The position numbers and the translations under genes were made by a program. From the NCBI GenBank assembly GCA_964655855.1, contig CAZZPE010000007.1, positions 12,341-76,340 of the forward strand: a stretch of 64,000 nt of DNA, given 5' to 3'. The notes under the pieces were generated by a model. It did not search any database and was not told the DNA's origin. It saw only the letters and a program-made list of their open reading frames with translations. Shown in pieces: positions 18,650 to 27,041 of this stretch. Each line of letters starts with the position of its first letter. Position 1 is the stretch's first letter. Source of the stretch: an uncultured Bifidobacteriaceae bacterium (GTDB lineage: Bacteria > Verrucomicrobiota > Verrucomicrobiia > Limisphaerales > UBA11358).

Positions 18650-20881
18650 TTATTTCAAGTTGTAGCACGCCCAAAGATGGACGCGGTGGAACACGCGGTC
18701 GCCGATTTTCACGTCCTGCTCGCCGAGGTCGGAGACGGAGGCAAATTCCTGCGCGATGCGCGGCGGCAGCAAGTCCGGCGCCGGCGCAATGCGGGCCACC
18801 GGCTCATGCGCCAGCCATTTCCAAACCCAGCCGCTTTCCAGTTTGTAAAGGCCGGCCTCGGAGACGAAAATGGCGCTCTGGCCCTGGCGCCGGGCGCGGT
18901 AGTTGTATTCCGACCAGAAATAAAACTGGTTCTCCGGCTCGTCCGAATCCGCGGAATAAACCAGCGGGCCGGATTTCAGCGCGTCGCGCGCCTGCGGAAT
19001 GTAAAATGAATACAGCCCGGTGATGCCGTAATGCCCGGCGATGATGAAGGCGGGCCGGCCTTCGGCGGCGAGTTTTTCGCGTGCATTTTCGACGAGCGTG
19101 GCGGCCACGTCCCACGCGCGCACGCGGCGCAGCGGGTCAATCTCACCGGGCAGCGGCTGTCCGGCAATTCGGGAGACGAGGTTGCTTTGATACATGATGG
19201 CGATGGCGAAAATGCCCAGCGCCACGCCGGCGGCGAAAAACGGCTTCGCGGCGCGGCGGCGCTCGTTCCAATAAACCACCATCAGGCAGAACATCGGCAG
19301 CACGGCGGGCGCAATCCAGTTCGGCAAAATGCGCGAGTGAAACGACCAGAGGAAATGGCCGATGAAAACCGGCGCGCCCATGCAGAAAAAATAGAGCCAA
19401 AGCGGGCGCTCGCGGCGGAATTTCCAGAAGCCGATCATCGCCCAGATTGCGCCGGCGAAGAAAACGGGATTGAGCAGCGCGAATTCCTGAAAGATGAAAT
19501 CCCAGAAGTAGCGCAGCGTCGGATGCCACTGGCCGTGGAGTCCGGCGTTGCCGGCGACGTGCGTGGCCGTGATCCAGCCGTGCCGCGAATTCCAGATGAC
19601 GACGGGCAGCGTGCAAATCAGGAAAACCGCCAGCGCGAGCCACGGGCCGGGCCTTCGCAACTGAATCCGCGCCGGCGGATGGAGCGCGAGGAAAATGCCG
19701 AAACAGACGATCAGGTAAAGCGCGTTGTATTTGCAAAGGAAGCCGAGTCCCATCGCCAGACCGACGATGAGCCAGTCGCGCGTTTTGCCGTCCGGCTGCA
19801 CCGCGCGCCAGCCCGCGACCAGCGCCCAGGTCCAGCAGAGGACCAGCGGCGGATCAATCGTCATCAAAATCGTGCCGATGCCGAGCAGCGGCGTGGCGGT
19901 GGCGGCGAGCAGCAGACAGAACGACGGGCGCGCGCCGATTTCGCGGGCCAGAAAACGGAGGAGCAGCAGGCTCGTGATGGCGGCGAACAGCGGCGAGAAA
20001 TAGCGGACGCCGAATTGCGTGTCGCCAAAAATCGAGGTGCCGGCGAACTGGATAAACGCGATGCCCGGCGGCTTGCTGTAATACGACAGCGCGGGATGCT
20101 TGGACCAAATCCACTGATACGCCTCGTCCTGGCTCAATTCGATGGCGCCGCTGGCGAGATAAATCCAGCGTCCGACAAGCATGGCGATGATTAAAATGGT
20201 GCCGAGGCGAAGCCACTCCAATTCGGAGTTGGGAGTCGGGAGTTGGGAGTTGGGGGATTCCGCATTCCGCACTCCGCGTTCCGCATTGACGAGCGATGGC
20301 AATTGCACGTGCCAGAGCGGGAACCATTTTTTTCCGATCCAGTTCCACGCGGCCTGCAATCCAATCACCCCCGCCGCCGCGTAGCCCGCGCCCAGAACCG
20401 CGCCGGCCAGAACGTCGCCCGGATAATGCACGCCGACATAGACGCGCGAGAAGGAGACGGCCAGCGCCATCGGCAGCATGAACCGCCAGCTTTTGGGATA
20501 AAACAGGAACGCGACCATCGTGGCGGAAAACCAGTTGGCGGCGTGCGCCGACGGCATGGAGCCGGAGGCGGTGCAGCCGAGACGCGCGATGGCATCCGTC
20601 AGCGCCATGCACGGCCGAGGCCGGGCGACGGCGTGTTTGATGATGTTGATGACGAGCGCGTTGCCGAGCAGGGAGACAAAGGCCATCGTCAGCGCGCACA
20701 GCCGGGCGCGGGTGCTGCAAAAAAGCGCCGCGACAAAACCGATGAAGACGGCGAGAACGAACCACCGCATTACATCGCCGCCACCGCTCAAAACCGGCAT
20801 GAGCCGGTCGAAGAGCGGGTTGCCCAATGACCGGTTCATGAAATGAAACAGACTTGTGTCGAGTGTTTGCAGCCAATGCAT
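18650..20881 (-). CDS. Fusion protein: N-terminal PAP2 phosphatase plus GT39/ArnT-like (GT-C) glycosyltransferase
   Basis: PAP2 motifs: KHAVARPRP, SMPSAHAANWF, SRVYVGVHYPGDVLAG. The rest is a polytopic PMT_2/ArnT-like region (DEAYQWIWSKHPALSYYSKPPG...). The linker is encoded by a heptamer repeat element at 20219-20286. Confidence 0.7.
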   Translation of the reverse strand: MHWLQTLDTSLFHFMNRSLGNPLFDRLMPVLSGGGDVMRWFVLAVFIGFVAALFCSTRARLCALTMAFVSLLGNALVINIIKHAVARPRPCMALTDAIARLGCTASGSMPSAHAANWFSATMVAFLFYPKSWRFMLPMALAVSFSRVYVGVHYPGDVLAGAVLGAGYAAAGVIGLQAAWNWIGKKWFPLWHVQLPSLVNAERGVRNAESPNSQLPTPNSELEWLRLGTILIIAMLVGRWIYLASGAIELSQDEAYQWIWSKHPALSYYSKPPGIAFIQFAGTSIFGDTQFGVRYFSPLFAAITSLLLLRFLAREIGARPSFCLLLAATATPLLGIGTILMTIDPPLVLCWTWALVAGWRAVQPDGKTRDWLIVGLAMGLGFLCKYNALYLIVCFGIFLALHPPARIQLRRPGPWLALAVFLICTLPVVIWNSRHGWITATHVAGNAGLHGQWHPTLRYFWDFIFQEFALLNPVFFAGAIWAMIGFWKFRRERPLWLYFFCMGAPVFIGHFLWSFHSRILPNWIAPAVLPMFCLMVVYWNERRRAAKPFFAAGVALGIFAIAIMYQSNLVSRIAGQPLPGEIDPLRRVRAWDVAATLVENAREKLAAEGRPAFIIAGHYGITGLYSFYIPQARDALKSGPLVYSADSDEPENQFYFWSEYNYRARRQGQSAIFVSEAGLYKLESGWVWKWLAHEPVARIAPAPDLLPPRIAQEFASVSDLGEQDVKIGDRVFHRVHLWACYNLK

Positions 20882-20941
20882 CGCCGCCAGTGTAGCGGGA
20901 AACGCGAGGTTGAAAACTCAATTGCGCCGGGGACGCCGCGG

Positions 20942-21703
20942 TCAGCGCGCCGGGGCGGACGGCGGGAAATTGATCTGCTCCTTCACTTCGTAGCGGAACA
21001 TGCGTTTCTGCATCCAGCGCACAGCGAAGAGATCGTGGACGGTGATGAACAGCCGGTTCAGCACGCCGTAGTGGCTCCGGCCCTTGAAGCGCGCGTGATG
21101 GCTGATCGGAATTTCCGTGACGACAAATCCCTCGATCCGGAAGAGCGTCGGGAGAAAACGGTGCATGCCCTTGAAAAATTTCAGCCGCGCCGCGCATTCG
21201 CGCCGGAAAATCCGGTAGCCGCAGGCGGAGTCGCTGACGGTTTCGCGGGTGAAACGGTTGCGGGTCCCGTTGGCGATTTTGGACGAAAGCCGGCGGAGGA
21301 GCGAATCGCCCTGCGCGCGGGCCTGGACGCGCGAACCGCACACGCAGTCGCATTTGCCGGACTGGATGGCCTCCAGAAATCGCGGCAGCTCGCGCGGATG
21401 ATTTTGCAGGTCGGCGTCCAGCGTGGCGATGAAACGGCCCCTGGCGGATTGGACGCCGGCCCACAGCGCCGCCGACTGGCCGCAATTCCGGTCCAGCCGC
21501 ACCGCGCGGATTTTGGGATCGGCGGCGCCAAGCGTCTGGAGGATTTTCCACGAGCCGTCGGTGCTGCAATCGTCCGCGATGACGATTTCGTGGGTGACGT
21601 TGAGCGGTGCCATCGCCTCGCGGATGGCGGTCACGAGCGGAACCAAATTCCCCTGCTCGTTGAAGCAGGGGATCACGATGCTCAAAACGGGTGGTTCAAT
21701 CAT
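20942..21703 (-). CDS. GT2 polyprenol-phosphate glycosyltransferase (ArnC/DPM1-like)
   Basis: LSIVIPCFNEQGNL, ADDCSTDGS and LDADLQNHP motifs; C-terminal membrane-associated tail. Confidence 0.8.
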   Translation of the reverse strand: MIEPPVLSIVIPCFNEQGNLVPLVTAIREAMAPLNVTHEIVIADDCSTDGSWKILQTLGAADPKIRAVRLDRNCGQSAALWAGVQSARGRFIATLDADLQNHPRELPRFLEAIQSGKCDCVCGSRVQARAQGDSLLRRLSSKIANGTRNRFTRETVSDSACGYRIFRRECAARLKFFKGMHRFLPTLFRIEGFVVTEIPISHHARFKGRSHYGVLNRLFITVHDLFAVRWMQKRMFRYEVKEQINFPPSAPAR

Positions 21704-21808
21704 GCGGTTCCGGCTTCAATGTATCATGGGGAAGCGCACGGGGAAGTCTTTTTGCCGTATGCGGCCGGCATCGCCAGAGGTCAATGAAGAATGCAGGATT
21801 GGGAAAAA

Positions 21809-22639
21809 TCATTCCGGCCTGGTGGCGTGCGCCTGCAGCCAGAGCAGGTCCGGGTCGTCCGGTGCGACGGAGATGAACTTGTAATTTTCGGTGGCGACGC
21901 CTGACTGCTGTGGGAATTGGGTGTCCGGGCTTAACCACCGGTGCAGTTCCGCATGACCGTCGGCAAAAGTGACCGGCCCGCCGCCTCCGTGATAATTTGC
22001 CGCAATCTCCACCATTGTCGCATTGACCATGGTGACGCCGAAAAAACCGTCGTCCACGCTGTCGTCGCGTTCATCAATGAAAACAAAAGCGTCGCTGGCG
22101 GACAGCTTGCCAAGGTCGGTTGTCTTTCGGATAAATTGAAACGCCGTGTCGAGCGGGCGGTTCGTGTAGCCCATCCAGCCGTTCATGGCCACCGTGCGCG
22201 CCAGCGGAAAAAGGCCATTGCCTTCCTTGACCATGACGCGGCTGGCCGGGCAATGAAAAATCGCGGCGGATTTGACATACTCTCCCAGCGACGACCATTG
22301 CGGGTTCAGGAAAAGGTCGGTGTTGGTGTTGTCCGGATTGTCGGCCATGGTGGCGTCTTCCCAGCCCGTCGTCCAGTTCAGCGAGCAGCGCGCCATGCCG
22401 TTGGAACCGGCCTCCTGCCACCAGTTGTTGCCCGGAATGAAATCATCGTGGTCGTTCACATACATCTGCCACGCAAGCTGCAACTGTGTCAGGTTTCCAA
22501 GACACTGGATTGTCTTCGCGCGTGATTGGGCCTTGGAAAGAACCGGCAGCAGCAGCGCCGCCAGGATGGCGATGATGGCGATGACGACCAGCAGTTCGAG
22601 GAGAGTGAAACCCGCTTGAAATCGTTTTCTCGTTTTCAT
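21809..22639 (-). CDS. Prepilin-type N-terminal cleavage/methylation domain protein (DUF1559-like, H-X9-DG)
   Basis: N-terminus [24 protein letters not shown]-terminal [13 protein letters not shown] fits H-X9-DG. Confidence 0.8.
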   Translation of the reverse strand: MKTRKRFQAGFTLLELLVVIAIIAILAALLLPVLSKAQSRAKTIQCLGNLTQLQLAWQMYVNDHDDFIPGNNWWQEAGSNGMARCSLNWTTGWEDATMADNPDNTNTDLFLNPQWSSLGEYVKSAAIFHCPASRVMVKEGNGLFPLARTVAMNGWMGYTNRPLDTAFQFIRKTTDLGKLSASDAFVFIDERDDSVDDGFFGVTMVNATMVEIAANYHGGGGPVTFADGHAELHRWLSPDTQFPQQSGVATENYKFISVAPDDPDLLWLQAHATRPE

Positions 22640-22654
22640 GCGGGCCGGACGCGC

Positions 22655-23185
22655 TCAATAAACCACAACGGAGCGCACCGGCAGGCCCTTTAATTTTTCG
22701 CGGCCGTTCAGGAATTTCAACTCGATGAGAAAGGTGACCTCCAAAATCTGCGCGCCGAGTTTCTTCATCAGTTCCACCGCGGCGGCGGAGGTGCCGCCGG
22801 TGGCGAGCAGATCGTCAATCAGCAGCACGCGGGCGCCGGGCTTGAGCGCGTCAGTGTGCATCGCGACGGTGGCGTGGCCGTATTCCAGCGCGTAATCCTG
22901 CTCGATGGTTTTGTAAGGCAGCTTGCCCTTTTTGCGGACGGGCACGAAGCCGGCGTGCAGCTTGGTGGCGGCGGCGGCGGCGAAAATAAACCCGCGCGCG
23001 TCAATGCCCACAACCGCGTCCACCATGCCGGGCTTGAAATTTTCCGTGAGCAGCTCTATCGAGCCGGCAAACAGCCGCGCGCCGGCCAGCACGGGCGTGA
23101 TGTCCTTGAACTGGATTCCGGGTTTCGGGAAATCCGGGACGTTGCGGATGGCGTGTTCAATTTCAGCGGCGGTGACGGGGGGCAT
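22655..23185 (-). CDS. apt: Adenine phosphoribosyltransferase
   Basis: 176 aa. FKDITPVL motif, PRPP-binding loop [13 protein letters not shown]. Confidence 0.9.
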   Translation of the reverse strand: MPPVTAAEIEHAIRNVPDFPKPGIQFKDITPVLAGARLFAGSIELLTENFKPGMVDAVVGIDARGFIFAAAAATKLHAGFVPVRKKGKLPYKTIEQDYALEYGHATVAMHTDALKPGARVLLIDDLLATGGTSAAAVELMKKLGAQILEVTFLIELKFLNGREKLKGLPVRSVVVY

Positions 23186-23269
23186 AGAATCAATATTGGT
23201 TTCTGGACGTGGTTGCGAAATGGGGCCGGGAAATGACTAATGACGAAGCGCTAATGCCTAAAGAATGAT

Positions 23270-23385
23270 GAAATCCGAATGACGAATGGCGGGAAATGCC
23301 AGACATCCGGCATTCGTCATTCGTCATTGGGGTTTCTTTAGTCATTCGGATTTAGTCATTCGACATTCCGCGTTCCGGTGCATGG
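23270..23385. repeat. Heptamer-repeat / inverted-repeat element between rpoD and apt
   Basis: gaatgac gaatggc ... cattcgt cattcgt cattggg form an inverted repeat, with an inner hairpin aatgcc/ggcatt. This is followed by tagtcattcggat ttagtcattcgac attccgc gttccgg. Confidence 0.6.
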
Positions 23386-23387
23386 TT

Positions 23388-24368
23388 TCATTCTTCCTTC
23401 TTTTTGGAGGCTTCGAGTTTTTCAATCATCTTCCGCAGCTTGTGCAGGGCGAGATTCTGGATTTGCCGGACGCGTTCGCGCGTGACGCCGAATTTCACGC
23501 CGACTTCCTCCAGGGTTTTTTCCGCGCCGCCATCGAGGCCGAAGCGGAAGCGGAGAATCATCGCTTCGCGCGGGTCGAGGTGCTTGACCATGTCCTGCAA
23601 CATGTCGGTGACGGTTTTGTCCTCCAGGTTGTCGTAGGGCGAGGTGGCGTTTTCATCCTCAACCACGTCGGAAAAATTGTTCGAGTCGTCGTCGCCGATG
23701 GGCGCGTCGAGCGACGCGGGGCGGACGGCGGCCAGGCGCATCTGGCGGACGCGGGCGGCGGTCATGCTGAGTTCGTCGGCCAGCTCCTCGTCGGTCGCCT
23801 CGCGGCCCAGCTCCTCCTGCAATTTCATCCCGACCCGGCGCATCTTGGAAATCTTGTCCACCAGATGCACCGGCAGGCGGATGGTTTTGGACTGGTTGGC
23901 CAGCGCGCGTTTGATGGATTGTTTGATCCACCACGAGCCGTAGGTGGAAAGCTTGCCGCCCTTTTTCGGGTCAAACCGCTCGACGGCCTTCATCAACCCG
24001 ATGTTGCCTTCGCTGATCAAATCCAGCAGCGGCAGGCCGATGCCCTCGTAATCGCGCGCGATTTTCACGACGAGCCGGAGATTGGCCTTGATCATCTGCT
24101 CGCGCGCCTTCTTGTCGCCCCGTTTGATTCGCGCGGCCAGGACAATTTCCTCCTGCGGCGTGAGCAGCTTCACCTGGCCGATTTCGCGCAGGTAAAGCTT
24201 GATGGCCGTGTCGCCGTCGTAACGCTCGGGTTCCCGCGGGATGAATGTCGTGGTGTCGCCCTCGGCGGGCCTGGCTGCGGCGGGCGGCAACGGTTCCGGG
24301 GCCGGAGCGGAGGGTTTTCCGCGCCGTTGAACTTTGACCGCTTTGGATTTTCGCGTCTTCACCGCCAT
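23388..24368 (-). CDS. rpoD: RNA polymerase sigma-70 factor (RpoD/SigA-like)
   Basis: Region 2: DLISEGNIGLMKAVERFDPKKGGKLSTYGSWWIKQSI. Region 4: TLEEVGVKFGVTRERVRQIQNLAL. Confidence 0.85.
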   Translation of the reverse strand: MAVKTRKSKAVKVQRRGKPSAPAPEPLPPAAARPAEGDTTTFIPREPERYDGDTAIKLYLREIGQVKLLTPQEEIVLAARIKRGDKKAREQMIKANLRLVVKIARDYEGIGLPLLDLISEGNIGLMKAVERFDPKKGGKLSTYGSWWIKQSIKRALANQSKTIRLPVHLVDKISKMRRVGMKLQEELGREATDEELADELSMTAARVRQMRLAAVRPASLDAPIGDDDSNNFSDVVEDENATSPYDNLEDKTVTDMLQDMVKHLDPREAMILRFRFGLDGGAEKTLEEVGVKFGVTRERVRQIQNLALHKLRKMIEKLEASKKKEE

Positions 24369-24435
24369 AACCGGCGGAAACTAAAGCGTGAAAAATGCGC
24401 GCCCGCAAGAAAATTAAGAATGCATCAATGCAGCG

Positions 24436-24468
24436 GTCACAGAACCGCACCGTGACATCATAAGCCAT
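24436..24468 (-). pseudogene. ~30-bp remnant of a four-helix-bundle (23S rRNA IVS protein family) gene
   Basis: 24436-24463 matches 26877-26904 at 27 of 28 positions (gtcRcagaaccgcaccgtgacatcataa). It encodes YDVTVRFCDR, as in the intact gene 26322..26981. Confidence 0.5.
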
Positions 24469-25361
24469 CAGGTTTCATTTTCTGCAAGTTCTTCGTTCGT
24501 TCCGCTTGGCCGCATTCCCAGGATTTCCTGCGCCGCCGCCTCATCCTCGGCCGGGACATAAATGCGCCGGAGTCCTTCGGCCTTCAAGCCCTCTTCCGGA
24601 TCCGGCTGGGCGCCATCAAATGACACCCCGATGTCTGCGGCGAGCAGGCGCTCAACCCAGTGTTGGGCTTCCGCCGCCGGGAATTCGCCCAGGCAGCAGG
24701 GCGGCGGTGGTTCCACATCCGCCAGTTCCTTGGCCGTCAGGCGCGACTTGTCGAACAACTCCGTGACCGGCCCGCCACCGGGATGGGCATCGGGTTTGTC
24801 CGTGGCGAATGCCGCACACCAATAACCGGCTCCCCCCGACGATGTGAACGTTTTTCCGTTGGGCAGCCGGATGGGTTGCCTCTGGATGATCCAGGTGCCT
24901 TGCACCCGGTTGGCATCGAGAAACCGGCCTTGATACAAAATCGGCGGGCCGGGCAATTCCTGCTGCAAATCCATTCCCTGATCCACCAAGGATTCCCGCA
25001 ACGTCTTGCGGCTGCCATCCTCCTCAATGACGTAGCCCACCGGCATCTGTTTGGTCAGTTCAAAATTGGGGAAGGCAAAATATCCGCCCACCGTGCCCAC
25101 GCCCGGCATTCCAGCCGGCGCATCCTCTGTGACCGATCCCGCAAAATGCGACGTCCACCCTTGTTTTAATTCCAGCGTGAAGGTGACCGGACCGAAACCG
25201 GGACGATTCCCGCGCGGGCCATAACCGTAACAGCCGCGCCAGACGCCGGTAACTTTCTTGCGCGTGGCCATTGGCCCGCCCAACGACTGGCCGTCCACCG
25301 GACAGATCGTCACGTCATTTGGAAATTGTTTGCCGCAATATGGACAACGGTTCATAGGCAC
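24468..25361 (-). CDS. Hypothetical protein with an N-terminal zinc ribbon
   Basis: CPYCGKQFPNDVTICPVDG at the N-terminus. No other recognisable motif. Codon usage is coding-like. Confidence 0.5.
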   Translation of the reverse strand: MPMNRCPYCGKQFPNDVTICPVDGQSLGGPMATRKKVTGVWRGCYGYGPRGNRPGFGPVTFTLELKQGWTSHFAGSVTEDAPAGMPGVGTVGGYFAFPNFELTKQMPVGYVIEEDGSRKTLRESLVDQGMDLQQELPGPPILYQGRFLDANRVQGTWIIQRQPIRLPNGKTFTSSGGAGYWCAAFATDKPDAHPGGGPVTELFDKSRLTAKELADVEPPPPCCLGEFPAAEAQHWVERLLAADIGVSFDGAQPDPEEGLKAEGLRRIYVPAEDEAAAQEILGMRPSGTNEELAENET

Positions 25362-25382
25362 AAATGTTTTCCGATATTAACC

Positions 25383-26303
25383 TCAGCCTTCAGCCTTTGC
25401 TTCCCGCTCCGCCACCAGCATGTCGCCCTGATACTCCACACGGAATCCGTGCTCTGCCAGATGCAGACAACGGTCCAGGTCAATGATGGCCCGGCAGATG
25501 TCGCTGTCGGTGGAATTTCTGGCCACCGTCAGGATTTCGTCCGCGCTGCTCAGGCGCCGGCCGGCGGCACTTCGGGGATAGGCGCCGGGCGCATATTTGG
25601 GCGAGAAATAAAAGCCGGCATACTTGGGCGTCTTCCGCACCCGGTCGTAGATGCGGTTCTTGAACCGGAAGAAGCGGTTCACCGCGTTGGGCCGCGCCGC
25701 CACGGTTACATTCCCGCCGATGTTCTCGTGGCAACAGGTGCGGCACATCACCCGTCGGGCACCCGAGACGATGGCGTAATCCAGCGCGCCGTCCGACACG
25801 GCCCCGCACGCGCCGAAGAACACCACCGCCGTTGGCTGAACCTTAAGTTGCGGGTCGAAAATGTTGTCCGGCACGAAGCTGAAATTCCCGGGCAGTCTGC
25901 CCAGTCTCATGGCCCGGTAACTTTGAAAATAGCGCGGGTCAATGTCCGTGGCGATGACTTTGGCGCGCGGCAATCGTGCGGCCAGGTGGCAAGCATGGCG
26001 TCCGAACACGCAGGCGGGATTGACGATGGTCGTCTCACCGCCAGAACCCGCCAGCAACCGGACGATGATGTCCTTCAGGTGCGCATCACGGTGCTTGCGG
26101 TAGAATTCCCCCCGGAACGAGGTATAGGGAAATAGATGGCTGGGAAAACCGGGAAAGCGTTGGTTCCATCGCGCGGACAGCGGGCCGGCGTGACGTTGCA
26201 TTCCGTTTTCCTCGGCGGACCGCGCCACGATGTTCCCATGCCGGAACTCGTCAAGGAGTCCGGCCAACGCTTCCAAGGCCAATTCAGACTGAACAGGTGT
26301 CAT
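25383..26303 (-). CDS. Hypothetical protein, weakly Rossmann/methyltransferase-like
   Basis: TIVNPACVFGRHACHLAARLPRAKVIATDID loosely resembles SAM-MTase motifs I/II. The assignment is weak. Confidence 0.35.
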   Translation of the reverse strand: MTPVQSELALEALAGLLDEFRHGNIVARSAEENGMQRHAGPLSARWNQRFPGFPSHLFPYTSFRGEFYRKHRDAHLKDIIVRLLAGSGGETTIVNPACVFGRHACHLAARLPRAKVIATDIDPRYFQSYRAMRLGRLPGNFSFVPDNIFDPQLKVQPTAVVFFGACGAVSDGALDYAIVSGARRVMCRTCCHENIGGNVTVAARPNAVNRFFRFKNRIYDRVRKTPKYAGFYFSPKYAPGAYPRSAAGRRLSSADEILTVARNSTDSDICRAIIDLDRCLHLAEHGFRVEYQGDMLVAEREAKAEG

Positions 26304-26321
26304 GCGACATTTGAAAACTTT

Positions 26322-26981
26322 TCAACTTTCGATGACCGCCGTGCCTGCTCGCCGCTGGCAGCGTTTCCGGTAGAGCCGTTCCGTGAAACCGCCTTCTTTT
26401 TCAAAGGCAGCCGCCTGCGCCGCCACCTGACGGCTCAACAAACTGCTGGCCACCATGATGAGCGCCAGGGCGCCGTTGGCCGCTATCTCTGGATAGGTGG
26501 GCTGTGTGGACACTGTGGACTGGATGGACTTTTGTTTTTCGCCTCGTCCACCCTGGCCGGTCCGTCCACTCCGTCCATTTTGTCCATGCACCGCCTCCAC
26601 CCAGGCCGCCACGTCATCTGCTGTGGCGGGACGCCGTGCTATCAGATCAGCCCGGCGCGCGTCCTCGCGCGGCCACTGCGGCAGCCCGCGTTGCCGCAGA
26701 AAATCTTCATAATCCAGACGCAGCTCCTCCAGGCTGGCGCGGGCCACGTTCGTGAGCTTGAGTTCCATTTTCTTGGACGTGCCGCTGGCCTGGCTGCCCT
26801 CGGCAATGTTCTGCACGCCCGACCGCGCCGCCTGCACCATCTGGTCGTGGGTGCGGCTGCGCGGAGAAATGTAACGGTCGCAGAACCGCACCGTGACATC
26901 ATAAACCAATTGTGCCACCTGAAAGCTTTTCAACTTCCGATAACCGCCGTGCAGGGGAATCAATTTTTCTGTGTCATTCAT
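26322..26981 (-). CDS. Four-helix-bundle protein (23S rRNA intervening-sequence protein family), long form with suffix domain
   Basis: YRKLKSFQVAQLVYDVTVRFCDRY, QMVQAARSGVQNIAEG and LEELRLDYEDFLRQRGL motifs. The internal linker (about 26500-26590) is built from short tandem repeats (tgtggacac tgtggactg; gtccac/gtccat units). Confidence 0.7.
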   Translation of the reverse strand: MNDTEKLIPLHGGYRKLKSFQVAQLVYDVTVRFCDRYISPRSRTHDQMVQAARSGVQNIAEGSQASGTSKKMELKLTNVARASLEELRLDYEDFLRQRGLPQWPREDARRADLIARRPATADDVAAWVEAVHGQNGRSGRTGQGGRGEKQKSIQSTVSTQPTYPEIAANGALALIMVASSLLSRQVAAQAAAFEKEGGFTERLYRKRCQRRAGTAVIES

Positions 26982-27041
26982 CTATCAGCGCGAAAATGCA
27001 TCCGGCAGAAAGTAGAAGTGGTTGTCACATGCCAAAAGCTT

